Below, piece by piece: positions 36,191 through 48,231 of a DNA stretch of 64,000 nt. The stretch is from an uncultured Bacteroidales bacterium. GTDB taxonomy: Bacteria; Bacteroidota; Bacteroidia; Bacteroidales; VadinHA17. The stretch's first letter is position 1; every line of letters begins with the position of its first letter. The stretch lies in contig CAVPGA010000005.1 of NCBI GenBank assembly GCA_963703935.1, positions 528,139 through 592,138 on the forward strand, read 5' to 3'. The notes under the pieces were generated by a model. That model saw only the letters and a program-made list of their open reading frames with translations, was not told the origin of the DNA and searched no databases. The translations under genes were made by a program, and so were the position numbers.

Positions 36191-38115
36191 ATGTCATATT
36201 TAATACGTATTTCATCAAAAAAAATCTACGGTTTAAATCTGCGGTTTTATTAAGTCTCCTGATGGGAGCATTATTTCTTCTGCCCGGTTGTAAGCCGGAG
36301 ACAAATAACCTTACCCGGGTTCCGGAGTGGGCAAAAGAAGCCATATGGTACCAGATCTTTGTCGAGAGATTCAGGAATGGCGATCGGACGAACGACCCGA
36401 CGCAGGAAGATATTAAGGGTTCATACCCGGCACAGATTCCGGAAAACTGGGCAATCACGCCATGGGGCCATGACTGGTATGCCCATGAACCCTGGCTTGA
36501 CAGTGTGAAAGTAAAGGGATTTAATTCTAAAATACAGGCAAGGCGATATGGAGGTGATCTGCAGGGTGTTCTTGAAAAACTTGATTACATCAGGGATCTC
36601 GGTGTCACTGCCATTTATTTTAATCCTCTGAACGATTCACCTTCACTTCACAAATACGATGCAAGGAATTACACTCACATCGACCGTAATTTCGGGCCTG
36701 ATCCTGAAGGTGATGTGACACTTATGAACTCAGAAACCCCGGGAGATAAGTCTACCTGGAAGTGGACTTCCGCCGATAAACTCTTCCTGACTGTTATTGA
36801 AGCCTGCCATAAAAGAGGCATCAGGGTTATAATGGATTACTCATGGAACCACACCGGACGCGATTTCTGGGCTCTGAATGATATAAGGAAAAACGGCGAC
36901 AAATCAGTATACAGGGATTGGTACAATGTAAAAGAATTTGATGATCCTGAAACAGCAGCGGATGAATTCAGATATGAAGGCTGGGGCGGAAACAATCCCT
37001 GGATGCCTGTATTCAGAAAAGATATTTACCCTCCTGATGATAGCGTAATGCCTTTTGAAGGGAATCTTCATTCGGCGTCTTTGAAGCAGCATATATTTAA
37101 CGTGTCAAAAAGATGGCTTGATCCTGATGGGGATGGAAATCATACCGATGGGGTTGATGGTTTCAGATTGGATGTTGCCGGTGAAATCCCTATGGGATTC
37201 TGGCGTGATTACAGGAAGGTGGTCCGGTCCGTGAATCCTGATGCTTATCTTGTTGGAGAGATATGGTGGCTTGAGTGGCCTGACAAACTTATGGACCCAA
37301 AAATCTTTCTTGAAGGCGATCAGTTCGATGCCATTATGAATTACAGATGGTACAGGATCGCCAGGGGCTTTTTTGCACAGGCAGAGCCTGTTCTTAATCC
37401 ATCGGGTTTCCTGACCGAGATAAACAGGATCAACGAAGGAATAAGCAGCGATAACCTCCAGGTAATGATGAATGTGGCAGCTACACATGATACACCCAGG
37501 CTTTCGACATCAATCTACAACAAGACATTGGATAAATACCAGGCAAAACCTTCAGATAATCCTGATTATAAAATAAATAAGCCGGATGAACGGACAAGGA
37601 AGGAACAGGTATTGCTACTGATCAACCAGTTCACCTTTACGGGCGCCCCACATATCTGGAACGGAGATGAAGCAGGCATGTGGGGAGCAGATGATCCGGA
37701 TTGCAGGAAGCCTGTCATCTGGGATGATATCGTTTATGAAGATGAAACTGCAAATTTCGACCCTTCAAAAAGCAGACCTGCCGATGTTGTCAGACCTGAC
37801 ACGGAATTCATGGGTTTCTATAGTAAGCTGGCTCAGATGCGGAAGGAAAACCCGGTACTGATCCGTGGTGATCTTAATTTCAATCTCGTTGATGATCCGA
37901 AGATGGTGCTTGCATATAGCAGAACTTCTGAAAATGATGAAGTGCTTGTTGTATTTAACCGTTCAGATTCCCTGCAGACTGTTACTGTTCCGGTCAGGGC
38001 TAACAGCGTCTATGAAAAGTTGCTGGTATCGGACGAGGGTTCTTTCAATTCTACGGGGAATGGCCTGGAGTTAACCCTGGAACCTATGAGCGCAACAATA
38101 CTGAAGAAAAAATAG
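36191..38115 (+). CDS. GH13 alpha-amylase/neopullulanase-like lipoprotein; N-terminal frameshift in an A8 run
   Basis: GH13 regions are present: MDYSWNHTG, DGFRLDVAGEIP, LVGEIWW and NVAATHDTPR. ATG at 36191 plus one extra A in the A8 run (36217-36224) gives MSYLIRISSKKNLRFKSAVLLSLLMGALFLLPGCK, a lipoprotein signal peptide. Confidence 0.85.
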
Positions 38116-38280
38116 GGCAACATTCTATCCGCCGTTTATTCCGTCGGAACAGTATGGTTTTGATAACGGCCGGAAAGGAAGTTTTTCAACAATCCTCCCT
38201 GAGTATAAAAAAAAGCTTTATTTTTGGCTGGACTTATATTGAGCCTGAAACCTATATTACTAATTCAATAACTTATAAAA

Positions 38281-38655
38281 ATGAATGTACCGGCAAACTT
38301 ATTGTACACCAAGGATCATGAGTGGCTTCGGATCGAGGGTGATTTCGGATATGTGGGAGTTACCGATTTTGCCCAGGGTGAATTGGGAGATGTTGTTTTT
38401 GTCGAAATTGAAACATTGGGCGAAACCCTTAAGAAGGAAGAGGTATTCGGAACCATTGAAGCAGTTAAGACAGTGTCTGATATGTTTATGCCGGTAGGAG
38501 GAGAGATCCTCGAAGTAAATCCTGCCCTGGAAGATAGTCCCGATGTTGTCAACAAAGATCCTTACGGAAAAGGCTGGATGGTCAGGATAAAGATCACTGA
38601 TCCTTCTGAGGCGTCGGGTTTGCTGACTGCCGAGAAGTATAAGGCACTTTTATAG
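38281..38655 (+). CDS. gcvH: Glycine cleavage system H protein
   Basis: The ORF is an intact 124 aa. Seen are [26 protein letters not shown] and the lipoyl-lysine motif EAVKTVSD. Confidence 0.9.
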   Translation: MNVPANLLYTKDHEWLRIEGDFGYVGVTDFAQGELGDVVFVEIETLGETLKKEEVFGTIEAVKTVSDMFMPVGGEILEVNPALEDSPDVVNKDPYGKGWMVRIKITDPSEASGLLTAEKYKALL

Positions 38656-41638
38656 TGTCTTTTTCACTTCAAATTCCTGATAACCTTCAACAATGTCACC
38701 GACTTTAATATCGTTAAAGTTGGAGATGTTAAGTCCGCATTCATAGCCGCCGACAACTTCTTTCACATCATCCTTGAAGCGTTTCAGGGATCCAAGTTCG
38801 CCGGTATAAATTACAATACCATCGCGTATTATCCGGACCCTGGTATTCCTTGTGATTTTTCCTTCCTTTACATAGCAGCCTGCAACAGTCCCAACCTTTG
38901 TGACTTTGAATATCTCACGGATTTCAAGTGTTGCAACAATTTCTTCTTTCACTTCAGGTGAAAGCATACCTTCCATTGCTGATCTTATCTCTTCAATGGC
39001 ATTATAAATGATTGAATAGAGCCGTGATATCAATTTCTTCTTTTTCTGCAAGTTTACGGGCACTGAGTGAAGGCCTTACCTGGAATCCGACAATAATGGC
39101 ATTGGATGCAGCAGCAAGAAGGATATCCGATTCAGAGATCTGTCCAACAGCCTTATGAATGATATTAAGCTGAATTTCAGGAGTTGAAAGTTTAATAAGT
39201 GAATCGCTGAGAGCTTCAACTGAACCGTCAACATCACCTTTAACAATTATATTAAGTTCCTGGAAGTTGCCAATTGCAATTCTTCGTCCGATTTCATCAA
39301 GAGTAATATGTTTCTGAGTACGCAGTCCCTGTTCCCTCTGGAGCTGGGCTCTTTTTGTTGCAATATCTTTTGCTTCACGGTCGCTGTCCATCACATTGAA
39401 TTTATCACCTGCCTGAGGAGCACCATTCAATCCGAGAATAAGAGCAGGAGTGGCCGGACCAACCTCATCAACCTTATTGCCTCTTTCGTTGTACATTGCC
39501 TTTATATGTCCGAAACAGCTGCCTGCAAGCATAATATCACCTATCCTGAGGGTTCCTGCTTTAACAAGAACTGTTGCAGTAAATCCGCTTCCCTTGTCGA
39601 GAGATGATTCAATAACGGTTCCTATTGCAGGTTTGTCAGGATTTGCTTTAAGATCAAGCATTTCTGCTTCAAGAAGGACTTTCTCGAGCAGAAGATCAAT
39701 ATTAAGTCCGGTTTTTGCAGATATCTCCTGTGACTGATATTTTCCGCCCCAGTCTTCAACAAGGTAATTCATATTTGCAAGCGCCTCTTTGATCTTTTCA
39801 GGATTTGATGTAGGCTTATCAATCTTATTGATCGCAAAAACTATCGGAACACCTGCAGCTGAAGCATGGTTGATGGCTTCAATAGTCTGAGGCATAACAC
39901 CATCGTCTGCTGCAACAACAATAATTGCAATATCAGTGATCTGTGCTCCCCGGGCACGCATGGCTGTAAATGCCTCATGACCGGGAGTATCAAGAAAAGT
40001 TATCTGACGCCCATCATCCAGGTTAACACCGTAGGCACCAATATGCTGAGTTATTCCTCCTGCTTCTCCGGCAATAACATTGGTCCTTCGGATATAGTCG
40101 AGCAGTTTGGTTTTACCATGGTCAACATGCCCCATTACCGTTACAATCGGAGGTCTTGGTTTAAGATCTTCTGCAGTCATCTTCTTCTTCTCTTACTGCT
40201 TCCTGAAGTTCTGCACTTACAAATTCAACCTTGTATCCGAATTCATCGGCAAGAAGTGCCATTGTTTCGGCATCAAGACGCTGATTTATTGAAACAAACA
40301 GTCCCAGGTTCATACAGGTGGAAATGATCTCTGTAACAGGAGTGTTCATCATTGAAGCAAGTTCATTAACTGACACAAATTCAGTAACTTTCAGAATATT
40401 CTTTTCCTGTTCGATCCTGTCTTCAACCTCCGGTGCTTCTGGCTTATTGCCTCTCTTTTTTCCCTGCGGTACCTTGATCCTTTTGATTTTCCTTTTGTGG
40501 TAAGACGTGCAAGGGTTTCCTTTATCTGTTTCTGAACCTCTTCCTCATCAACTTCAGCTCTGACCGATCTTTTCTTGATCACTTTCTTGACGGTCTTGTC
40601 CTTTTTGTCGGAGGGAACCGGTTTAACAACAGGCACATGTCTCCTTTTCCTTTGTAATCCTTTTCCTTTTCTTCTTTCTTCTGAAATCAGAATCTCCGTT
40701 TATCTTTACCTGCTGATATGGAACAGATTTCTTCTTCTCTTCAACAGGAAGATCTATCTTTCCCACAACTGTCAGACCTGATAGCTTCTTGAATTCAGGT
40801 TTGTACAGTTCAATAACATCTTCTTCTTCGGGGTCCGGAACTGCTGCTTTAACGTCAGTCTCACTGACTGTAACATCAGCCGGAGCTGTTTCAGGAACTT
40901 CCGACGGAACCTCTTCCCTGGTTTCTGCAACGGGAGGTTTCTTTTCTTCCTTTGCAACTTCCTTAACAACAGGTTTTTCTGCTGGTTTTTCTTTTCCTTC
41001 CTTCTTTGGAGCTTTTTCCTTAACGACAGGATCAAGGTCAATTTTCCCAACTATATGAAGATCGATGGAAGATTTTGCCTTTTCTTCCTTAGCCGGTTCT
41101 TCAATAGTAATTTTTTCTTTTTCAGGTGCCGGCTTCTTCTTTTCCGTTACTTCCTGTGCTTTAGTTTCGACAGGAGCTTTCTTCTCAGGCGCTTCTTTTG
41201 GAGGTTCATGAACTTTCGGGCTTTGGCTTTAATGTTTTTTCAAGATCAATTTTGCCAACAAGTTTAATATCAGGTTTTTTAATCTCTGTCTTTATATCAA
41301 CAGTTTTCTTGGGTCCAGAAGATATCTTTAACCAGAAATTCATCATCCCTTTCCTGGTCATCACTATCAGCTCTTTTCAGCAAAATCATCAATGGAGACA
41401 GATCTCTTTTTTCCTGTGAAGATCTTTAAGGATCAGCTTTTCAGATTCTTTTTTTACACTGATATCCGTACTGTATTCTTTTACAAGCAACAATATAAGC
41501 TTCATGCGGAAGTTTTGTATTTGGATTTGGATCAAGATCAAACCCTTTCTTGTGCAGAAATTCCACAATGGTGGATATCCCCACATTGAATTCACGGGCT
41601 GCTTTACTTAATCTTGTTGCCTTAATATCTTCTGTCAT
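38650..41638 (-). CDS. infB: Translation initiation factor IF-2, frameshifted in this assembly
   Basis: Seen are the N-terminal [21 protein letters not shown], a K/E-rich linker, the GTPase motifs [24 protein letters not shown] and NKID, and the C-terminal beta-barrels. The pieces include 41441-41638, 40391-40636, 40161-40376, 39002-40180 and 38650-39063. Confidence 0.9.
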
Positions 41639-41698
41639 AAATATGTCTTGCCTTTCTTAAAAACTTCAAAAATAACCGGTTATAACTGTTAAATAATT

Positions 41699-42939
41699 TT
41701 ATTCAAATTCAGCTCTAAGTATATTAACAACTTCTTTAACAGTTTCTTCTTCAAGATCAGTTCTTTTAACAAGATCGCTTATCGAAAGATTCAGAACACT
41801 TCTTGCAGTATCGCAACCAATAGCTTTAAGCTCTTCAATGATCCAGTCTTCAATTTCATCGCTGAATTCCTCAAGATTGACATCTTCTTCATCTTCACCT
41901 CCCGGCTCCCTGTAAACATCAATTTCATAACCGGTAAGCTGGCTGGCAAGCTTAATGTTAAGACCTCCTTTACCGATAGCAAGCGATACTTCATTTGGCT
42001 TGAGATATATTTCTGCTCTTTTTGTCTCTTCAACAAGCTTGATTGAAGTTATTTTTGCCGGACTGAGAGCTCTCTGTATGAAAAGCTGATTATTTGAAGT
42101 ATAGTTTATTACATCAATGTTTTCATTTCGCAGTTCCCTTACAATTCCATGAATCCTTGATCCTTTCATTCCGACGCATGCACCTACAGGATCAATTCTT
42201 TCATCATACGATTCAACAGCAACCTTGGCACGTTCACCCGGAACCCTTACAATCTTCTTGATCGTAATAAGTCCGTCAAAAATTTCAGGAACTTCAAGTT
42301 CGAAGAGTCTTTCAAGGAATACAGGTGATGTACGGCTGAGAATAATGAACGGAGTATTGTTTCTCATTTCAACTTTGATAACCACAGCCCTTATGGAATC
42401 TCCTTTGCGGAAATGATCGGAAGGTATCTGTTCACTTTTGGGAAGAATAAGTTCATTACCGTCATCATCAAGAACAAGTATTTCTCTTTTCCAGACCTGG
42501 TAAACTTCACCGGTAACAATTTCACCTATCCTGTCTTTATACTTGATATAGATATTGTTCTTTTCAAGATCAAGAATTCTGGCAGTAAGATTTTGCCTTA
42601 GTGAAAGAATTGCCCTTCTTCCGAAATCAAGGAATTTTACCTCATCAGAAACCTCTTCACCAACCTCATAATCTTCATCAATCTCCTTGGCTTTCGAAAG
42701 AGGGATCTGCGATATCAGGATCAGTCAAGCTCATCATCATCAACAACAACCCTGTTTCTCCATATTTCAAAGTCACCTTTGTCGATATTGACAATTATGT
42801 CAAAATTATCGGCTGAACCGTACTTCTTTGCAAGCATACTCCTGAATACATCCTCAAGAACACTCATCATTGTTGGACGGTCAATATTTTTCAGCTCCTT
42901 AAATTCCGAAAAAGTGTCGATCAAATTAACATTTTCCAT
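41699..42939 (-). CDS. nusA: Transcription termination/antitermination factor NusA, frameshifted in this assembly
   Basis: The N-terminus is MENVNLIDTFSEFKELKNIDRPTMMSVLEDVF. The KH region reads ACVGMKGSRIHGIVRELRNENIDVI and LAIGKGGLNIKLASQLTG. Confidence 0.9.
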
Positions 42940-42959
42940 CTGGTGTAAACCTCTTATTA

Positions 42960-43417
42960 TTACTTAATTGTTAAAACTACTCTTGTTGATTTTATCTGGT
43001 CAAAATTAAAAGAGATATCCTTTAATCTCTTTTGCTTTTCCTTTAATTTTTACTTCAGTTTCAAGTTCAAATCCTCCTGCTGTAACATTTTTCAGTATTC
43101 CTGTAATACTTTTGATCCTTCATTGTCAACCACTTCTACTTTTTTGCCTTCATTCTTATAATACTGTTCAATAACTCCGAAGGGCATATCAAGACCGGGT
43201 GAGGATACCTGCAGTTCAAAATCCTCTTTATCGCGGTCAAGACTCTTTTCAATATGCCGGTGAATCGCAGCACATTCATCAATTGTTATGCCCTTCATTC
43301 TTATCGGCAAGAACAGTAATCCTGTTTGAACTGCTTACTTTGACAGCAACAAGAAAGAGTCCGGTTCCTTTAATGAACTCCTTCACCGATTTCTCTATAT
43401 CTGTCTTTATCAATCAT
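42960..43417 (-). CDS. rimP: Ribosome maturation factor RimP, frameshifted in this assembly
   Basis: The central ORF reads ITIDECAAIHRHIEKSLD...ELQVSSPGLDMPF. The C-terminal piece ends DISFNFDQIKSTRVVLTIK-stop. It sits directly upstream of nusA-infB. Confidence 0.8.
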
Positions 43418-43605
43418 TCTCTGAAAACCGATAATAAAATAGGGGACTCTGGTCCCCTAGGTCTCAATTACCCCTCAATTCGGATGCAAAGGTAAATAAT
43501 GTTTCTGAAATTGCAAAAAATGAGGGAATAAATATTTCTGATATAAAGAGGACCTTTGATTCCGAGTATCCATACTTACCAACATTCCAGGCAAGTGACT
43601 CATCA

Positions 43606-43785
43606 AATGATGGAACCGCTCCGCGGTTCAGAGTTGAGATTTAGACCCTTAACTATAATGATGGAACCGCTCTGCGGTTCAGAGTTGAGCAGGATGCTGC
43701 AAAATGTAATTACCGCGGAGCGGTTTCATTATTTTAGTAACTGCAATAAAACCAATATAACAACCGCGGAGCGGTTGCATCCTGT
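43606..43785. repeat. REP/BIME-like cluster: two direct plus two inverted copies of a GAACCGC-TCC-GCGGTTC hairpin element
   Basis: The direct copies are aatgatggaaccgctccgcggttcagagttgag (43606-43638) and a copy at 43657-43689. The inverted copies are accgcggagcggtttcatt (43712-43730) and aaccgcggagcggttgcat (43762-43780). An outer CAGGATGC / GCATCCTG pair is also present. Confidence 0.8.
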
Positions 43786-43959
43786 GTAAGTTGTCATAAC
43801 CGTTTTCAAATTCTAAGGTTATGTCGCCTGAATTAGTTAATTCCTGTTTGACGAGGGCGGATTCGCTACTTCGATAAAAATCCATAAATTTGAACCAGCC
43901 TCCTTTACGTTCGACCCTGTTTAATTGAATTAATTATACAATAAAAGATACGTAAATGC

Positions 43960-44919
43960 ATGTCTGTTAATAAATTAACAATTGATGATTTCTACGAAAG
44001 GGAAGATTTTAAACTGCTTTCGCACTGCACTTTATGTCCCAGGGAGTGCGGAGTGGACAGGTTTAAGGGAGGTACAGGGTATTGCAGTTCAGATGCCGGA
44101 ACAAATATCGCCTCAATTTGCATACACAGGGGAGAGGAGCCTGCAATAAGCGGACAGGATGGTATATGCAATATCTTCTTTTCAGGATGCAACCTGAGAT
44201 GCGTTTTTTGTCAGAATCATGAAATAAGCAGGCCGGAAGCAGTATGCAGAAAAAATTCAATTGACTTTGATGAGGCATTGGATATTATTACCGGAATTCT
44301 CAAAATGGGAATTAAGGCTGTGGGATTTGTTTCTCCATCACATGTGGTCCCGCAGGTCAGGGCAATAATAAAAGTATTGAATTCAAGGGGATATAAACCG
44401 ATAACTGTTTATAATACGAATGGCTATGATAAAAAAGACGTGATCCGAAGCCTCGATGGATTAATTGACGTCTATCTTCCGGATTACAAATATGCTACTG
44501 CGGAAATCGCCAGGGAATTCTCCGATGCACCTGATTATCCCGAAGTTGCTTTGATGGCTGTTAAAGAGATGTTCTATCAGAAAGGTTCGGTACTGGCAAC
44601 GGATGAAGAGGAGAGGGCCGAAAACGGGATTCTCATAAGGCATCTTGTTTTGCCCGGACATATTGAGGAGAGCAGGAAGGTGCTTAAGACAATCGCAGAA
44701 GAAATTTCGACAGGAGTCAATATTTCCCTGATGTCTCAATATCATCCCACGGCGTTTGTCTCCGGTCATTCTGAATTGGGCAGGAGGCTTTATCAGTCAG
44801 AATACGCATCGGCAGTTAAAATAATGGAAGACCTTGGCTTCCGGAACGGCTGGGTGCAGGATATGGATAGTTACAGAAATTACAGGCCTGATTTCAGGAA
44901 GGAGAATCCGTTTGAGTGA
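43960..44919 (+). CDS. Radical SAM protein, PflX-like (pyruvate formate-lyase activase-related)
   Basis: The ORF is an intact 319 aa. It has an N-terminal Cys cluster (CTLCPRECGVDR...GYC) and the radical SAM motif GCNLRCVFCQN. Confidence 0.7.
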   Translation: MSVNKLTIDDFYEREDFKLLSHCTLCPRECGVDRFKGGTGYCSSDAGTNIASICIHRGEEPAISGQDGICNIFFSGCNLRCVFCQNHEISRPEAVCRKNSIDFDEALDIITGILKMGIKAVGFVSPSHVVPQVRAIIKVLNSRGYKPITVYNTNGYDKKDVIRSLDGLIDVYLPDYKYATAEIAREFSDAPDYPEVALMAVKEMFYQKGSVLATDEEERAENGILIRHLVLPGHIEESRKVLKTIAEEISTGVNISLMSQYHPTAFVSGHSELGRRLYQSEYASAVKIMEDLGFRNGWVQDMDSYRNYRPDFRKENPFE

Positions 44920-45036
44920 ATAAGATTAAAGGAGGGCGACAGATGTAAATTACTGCAGTTCAGTTGTATACGGTTCGAATCATAAGCTATCCTATTCCTT
45001 AGGTTGACTGATATGCCCCATGGGGATGTGGAAAGA

Positions 45037-47796
45037 TCACTTCTTTGTAGCCCTGATCTCTTCTTCGGGCGAGGTGAGAGTCATACCTGTTACAATGTTT
45101 TTATCATCAGACTGGAATTCAACAGTATATCCCTCCATGAATCTGACCGTAAACTTTGTTTCTGAAACGGGTGTCATTTCCATTTCAGGCTGACCAGGGA
45201 AAACAACGCTTAGTGTTTTGTTATCCTTCAGTATTACTTTTATTGTTTCCCCATCAAAAACGTAATCGCCTGCATACCTCTCCATTATCCCTGCTGCCAG
45301 TTCAACGACCGATGGTTTTGGCTGCACTGTAATTTTGGACTTTACATATTCAGCCTGATCAGTCATACCCGCCGACTGTTTGTCAGCTGCAATTCCGTTC
45401 AGTATCATTCCATCGAAATATGGCCGGATCTGAGGAGCGTAGACTTCCGGAATGGTGTCGCGGAATTTTACGATCATGTCTATCCCTTTCCTGAATTTAC
45501 CTGTATCCTTTATCCTCCTGAGAAAATTGGAGAAGGGCTGCAAAAGACTAAATTTCTCATTTCCCAAGGGCAATCTGTTGAACCTTTCGGCAAGGGAATC
45601 AAACTCATCTTCGGTAGCGTACAGGTATAAAGTACTTACAATTGCCCTGGAAAGCTCGCCCTTTACTTTCTCACGGGAGAGCTCCCTTGCCCTGGAAAGA
45701 GCTGTCAGACTGTCAATAGAACCAAGTGCCAATAAGGCATTGCCTGCCACGGAATAAGAAGAATCGTTTATTGCCTTGATGTACAGTTCCCTGTATTCAG
45801 GCTTCTGATATCTGCCAAGAGCTTCAATAGCAGTTGACCTGATGAGTGTGGAAGGATCGTTCTTTGCAAGACCGGCCAGTATTGGTTCAACCGAGGTTTT
45901 AATGGAATCGTTTATGAAATCCAGTCTCTGAATGGCAAATACTCTTAATCCCGGGTACCTGTCATTAATGGCATTTTTTAAAAACTCAAATGCTTTAGGA
46001 TCCTTTAACTGGTTCATTGCGGCAAAATCGATTGCTTCACGCCTGTCGAGATATAAACCTGCATTTTTATACTGGAAGGTATAATTATCAAGCGTTTTAT
46101 GATCTGTCTTTTCGCAGAGGAGTATCTTGTCTGCATCGAAATTTATAAGATCGGGTCTTACCCGTGAAGGGAAAGCAAATGTATCAGCCTGATGTTCAAC
46201 CCAAACCTTATAGCGTTTTTTAACTCCTTCCTGGTACAGGTCGATAGCTACCGGCAGCCTGAAGACCTTATCAGGCTGGGTTTGCTTTACAAATACCCTG
46301 GCATTTTGTGTCCGGCTGTCATAATCATAGCTGATATCAAGCTTCGGATGGCCGCTGCCATAGAACCACTGGTTCCAAAACCAGTTTAAATCCTGCCCGG
46401 TTACCTCTTCGAATGAAAGACGGAGTTCCTGCGCCTCAACGGCTTTAAACTTATAAGTTTCTAGAAACAGGTTTAATGATTTGTAGAAAGCGGAGTCGCC
46501 GACATAGTTACGAAGCATGTTGAGGATCCTGCCACCCTTCTGGTAACTGACAGCATCGAATAATTCCTCCCGGTTCCTGTAGTAGAAGCGAACAAGCTCT
46601 TTTTTCCCGCTGTTGCTGTACAGGTACGTCTGCATTCCTGAGAAATTGTGCGCATCACCTGCATCCTGACCGTATTTGTATTCATCCCACAACACTTCGC
46701 TGAAATCGGCAAAAGATTCATTCATTGCAATATTGCTCCAGCTTTCGGTAGTAACATAGTCCCCGAACCACATATGAAAAAGTTCGTGGGCAATTATTTC
46801 CTCCCACGAATTTCCATCGATAAGCTCCCTGGCATCCTGCTGTGCTGATTCGCCATGCACTGTGGCAGTTGTGTTTTCCATTGCGCCGCTTACATAATCT
46901 CTGACTACGATCTGGGAATATTTCTGCCAGGGAAAATCCACGCCCGTAATGTTTGAAAAGAAATTTATCATCTCAGGGGTAAGACCGAAGATCTTCCTGG
47001 CAACAGGAGCATATTCCTTTTCGACATAGTAGCTGACTTCCTTGCCTTCATACTGGTCTTTGATTACCGAATATTCACCTGCAGCAATCATCATCAGATA
47101 AGGAGCATGAGGCAGATCCATTTTCCAGGTATCGGTACGGGTCCCGTCCGGATGTTTCTTCCGCTTTACGAGCAGACCGTTTGAAAGTGTCTGGAATTCA
47201 GAAGGTACTGTCATGCTTATCTCATTTGTTGTTTTTTGATTCGGCTTATCGATTGTGGGAACCCATGCTGAATTTGACTCTGTTTCCCCCTGCGTCCAGA
47301 CCTGGGTGGGTTTATCCGTGTCCTTACCGAGGGGATCTATAAAATATAGGCCTTTGGCTCCAAATATTGCTGCACTGCCTGGTGCCTTAATGTCATTGGG
47401 TTTGGAAATATAATCAATGTATACTGTATAATTTTCTCCGGCCTTGTAGGTTTTATCAAGAGTGATATGAAGATTCAGTGTGTCATAGCTGTATTTCAAG
47501 GGAATATGCCTGCCGGCTTTTATAATAGAAACCTCATTGACGGCCATGCTTTTCGCATCGAGATTCAATGAGTCGGTTGGATAGAAGTGTGGTTTAAGGG
47601 TTATCCAGGCTTTTCCGGACATCCACGACCTCTGAAAGTCGAACCTGACGTCAAGCCTGGTATGGACCAGATCGTTGATCCTGTCAGGGGTTGCCCGGTA
47701 AATAGCTTTCCAGGCCTCTCCTTCCGGGTCTTTAGCCTGCTGTGAATACGAAATAATTGAGAAGAAAAGGAAACCTGCAATTATGATCTTCTTCAT
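45037..47796 (-). CDS. M1-family aminopeptidase (aminopeptidase N-like) with HEAT-like C-terminal region
   Basis: The ORF is an intact 919 aa with a signal peptide. It carries the GAMEN motif (VSGAMENTTA) and the zinc motif HELFHMWFGDYVTTESWSNIAMNESFADF (HExxH-x18-E). Confidence 0.9.
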   Translation of the reverse strand: MKKIIIAGFLFFSIISYSQQAKDPEGEAWKAIYRATPDRINDLVHTRLDVRFDFQRSWMSGKAWITLKPHFYPTDSLNLDAKSMAVNEVSIIKAGRHIPLKYSYDTLNLHITLDKTYKAGENYTVYIDYISKPNDIKAPGSAAIFGAKGLYFIDPLGKDTDKPTQVWTQGETESNSAWVPTIDKPNQKTTNEISMTVPSEFQTLSNGLLVKRKKHPDGTRTDTWKMDLPHAPYLMMIAAGEYSVIKDQYEGKEVSYYVEKEYAPVARKIFGLTPEMINFFSNITGVDFPWQKYSQIVVRDYVSGAMENTTATVHGESAQQDARELIDGNSWEEIIAHELFHMWFGDYVTTESWSNIAMNESFADFSEVLWDEYKYGQDAGDAHNFSGMQTYLYSNSGKKELVRFYYRNREELFDAVSYQKGGRILNMLRNYVGDSAFYKSLNLFLETYKFKAVEAQELRLSFEEVTGQDLNWFWNQWFYGSGHPKLDISYDYDSRTQNARVFVKQTQPDKVFRLPVAIDLYQEGVKKRYKVWVEHQADTFAFPSRVRPDLINFDADKILLCEKTDHKTLDNYTFQYKNAGLYLDRREAIDFAAMNQLKDPKAFEFLKNAINDRYPGLRVFAIQRLDFINDSIKTSVEPILAGLAKNDPSTLIRSTAIEALGRYQKPEYRELYIKAINDSSYSVAGNALLALGSIDSLTALSRARELSREKVKGELSRAIVSTLYLYATEDEFDSLAERFNRLPLGNEKFSLLQPFSNFLRRIKDTGKFRKGIDMIVKFRDTIPEVYAPQIRPYFDGMILNGIAADKQSAGMTDQAEYVKSKITVQPKPSVVELAAGIMERYAGDYVFDGETIKVILKDNKTLSVVFPGQPEMEMTPVSETKFTVRFMEGYTVEFQSDDKNIVTGMTLTSPEEEIRATKK

Positions 47797-47930
47797 GGCT
47801 TATTAATCAAAAAGTAATTGAATGTAAATGTAGATCAAAATATTAAACGGGACAAAGGTGTAAAGGTACGAAAGGCATGAAGGCATAACTTATGAATTAA
47901 AAGTGTCGTATTAATGATAAACAGTAGGAT

Positions 47931-48116
47931 TTATTTTGAAATCAGCTCGTTCTTTTTTAAAGGGATCTTGATCTGAATTGCCAGTATAAACAAATATTTC
48001 ATCAAAGGTACTTTGACGGTGATCCAAATTTCTTCCTTTTGTGTAAGACATCTTTAACAGTCATTTGTAACTCCTGTGTAAAGTACGTATGATTCGTGTT
48101 GGTAGTATACAGACAT
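47931..48116 (-). pseudogene. GIY-YIG nuclease family (UPF0213-like) small ORF, disrupted
   Basis: The minus strand reads MSVYYQHESYVLYTGVTND (the GIY-YIG YxxYxGxTxD block). It continues only by switching frames (..VLHKRKKFGSPSKY.., ..AIQIKIPLKKNELISK). The boundaries are approximate. Confidence 0.4.
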
Positions 48117-48231
48117 AATAGAGTTGAATCATCGAGGCAATTTTTAAAGATGACATAATATTCCAGTGTTTAATCCAAAAATACTAAATTCTAAGATTTT
48201 GTTACCTGTATTTGTTATTCCTGTTTGGCAG

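Noticed and set aside
40391-41420. Low-complexity ORFs on both strands (K/E/R-rich on the minus strand, S/F/L-rich on the plus strand) that could suggest separate small genes.
   Set aside because: This is the lysine/glutamate-rich linker region of IF-2 broken by frameshifts. The plus-strand ORFs are its antisense translation.
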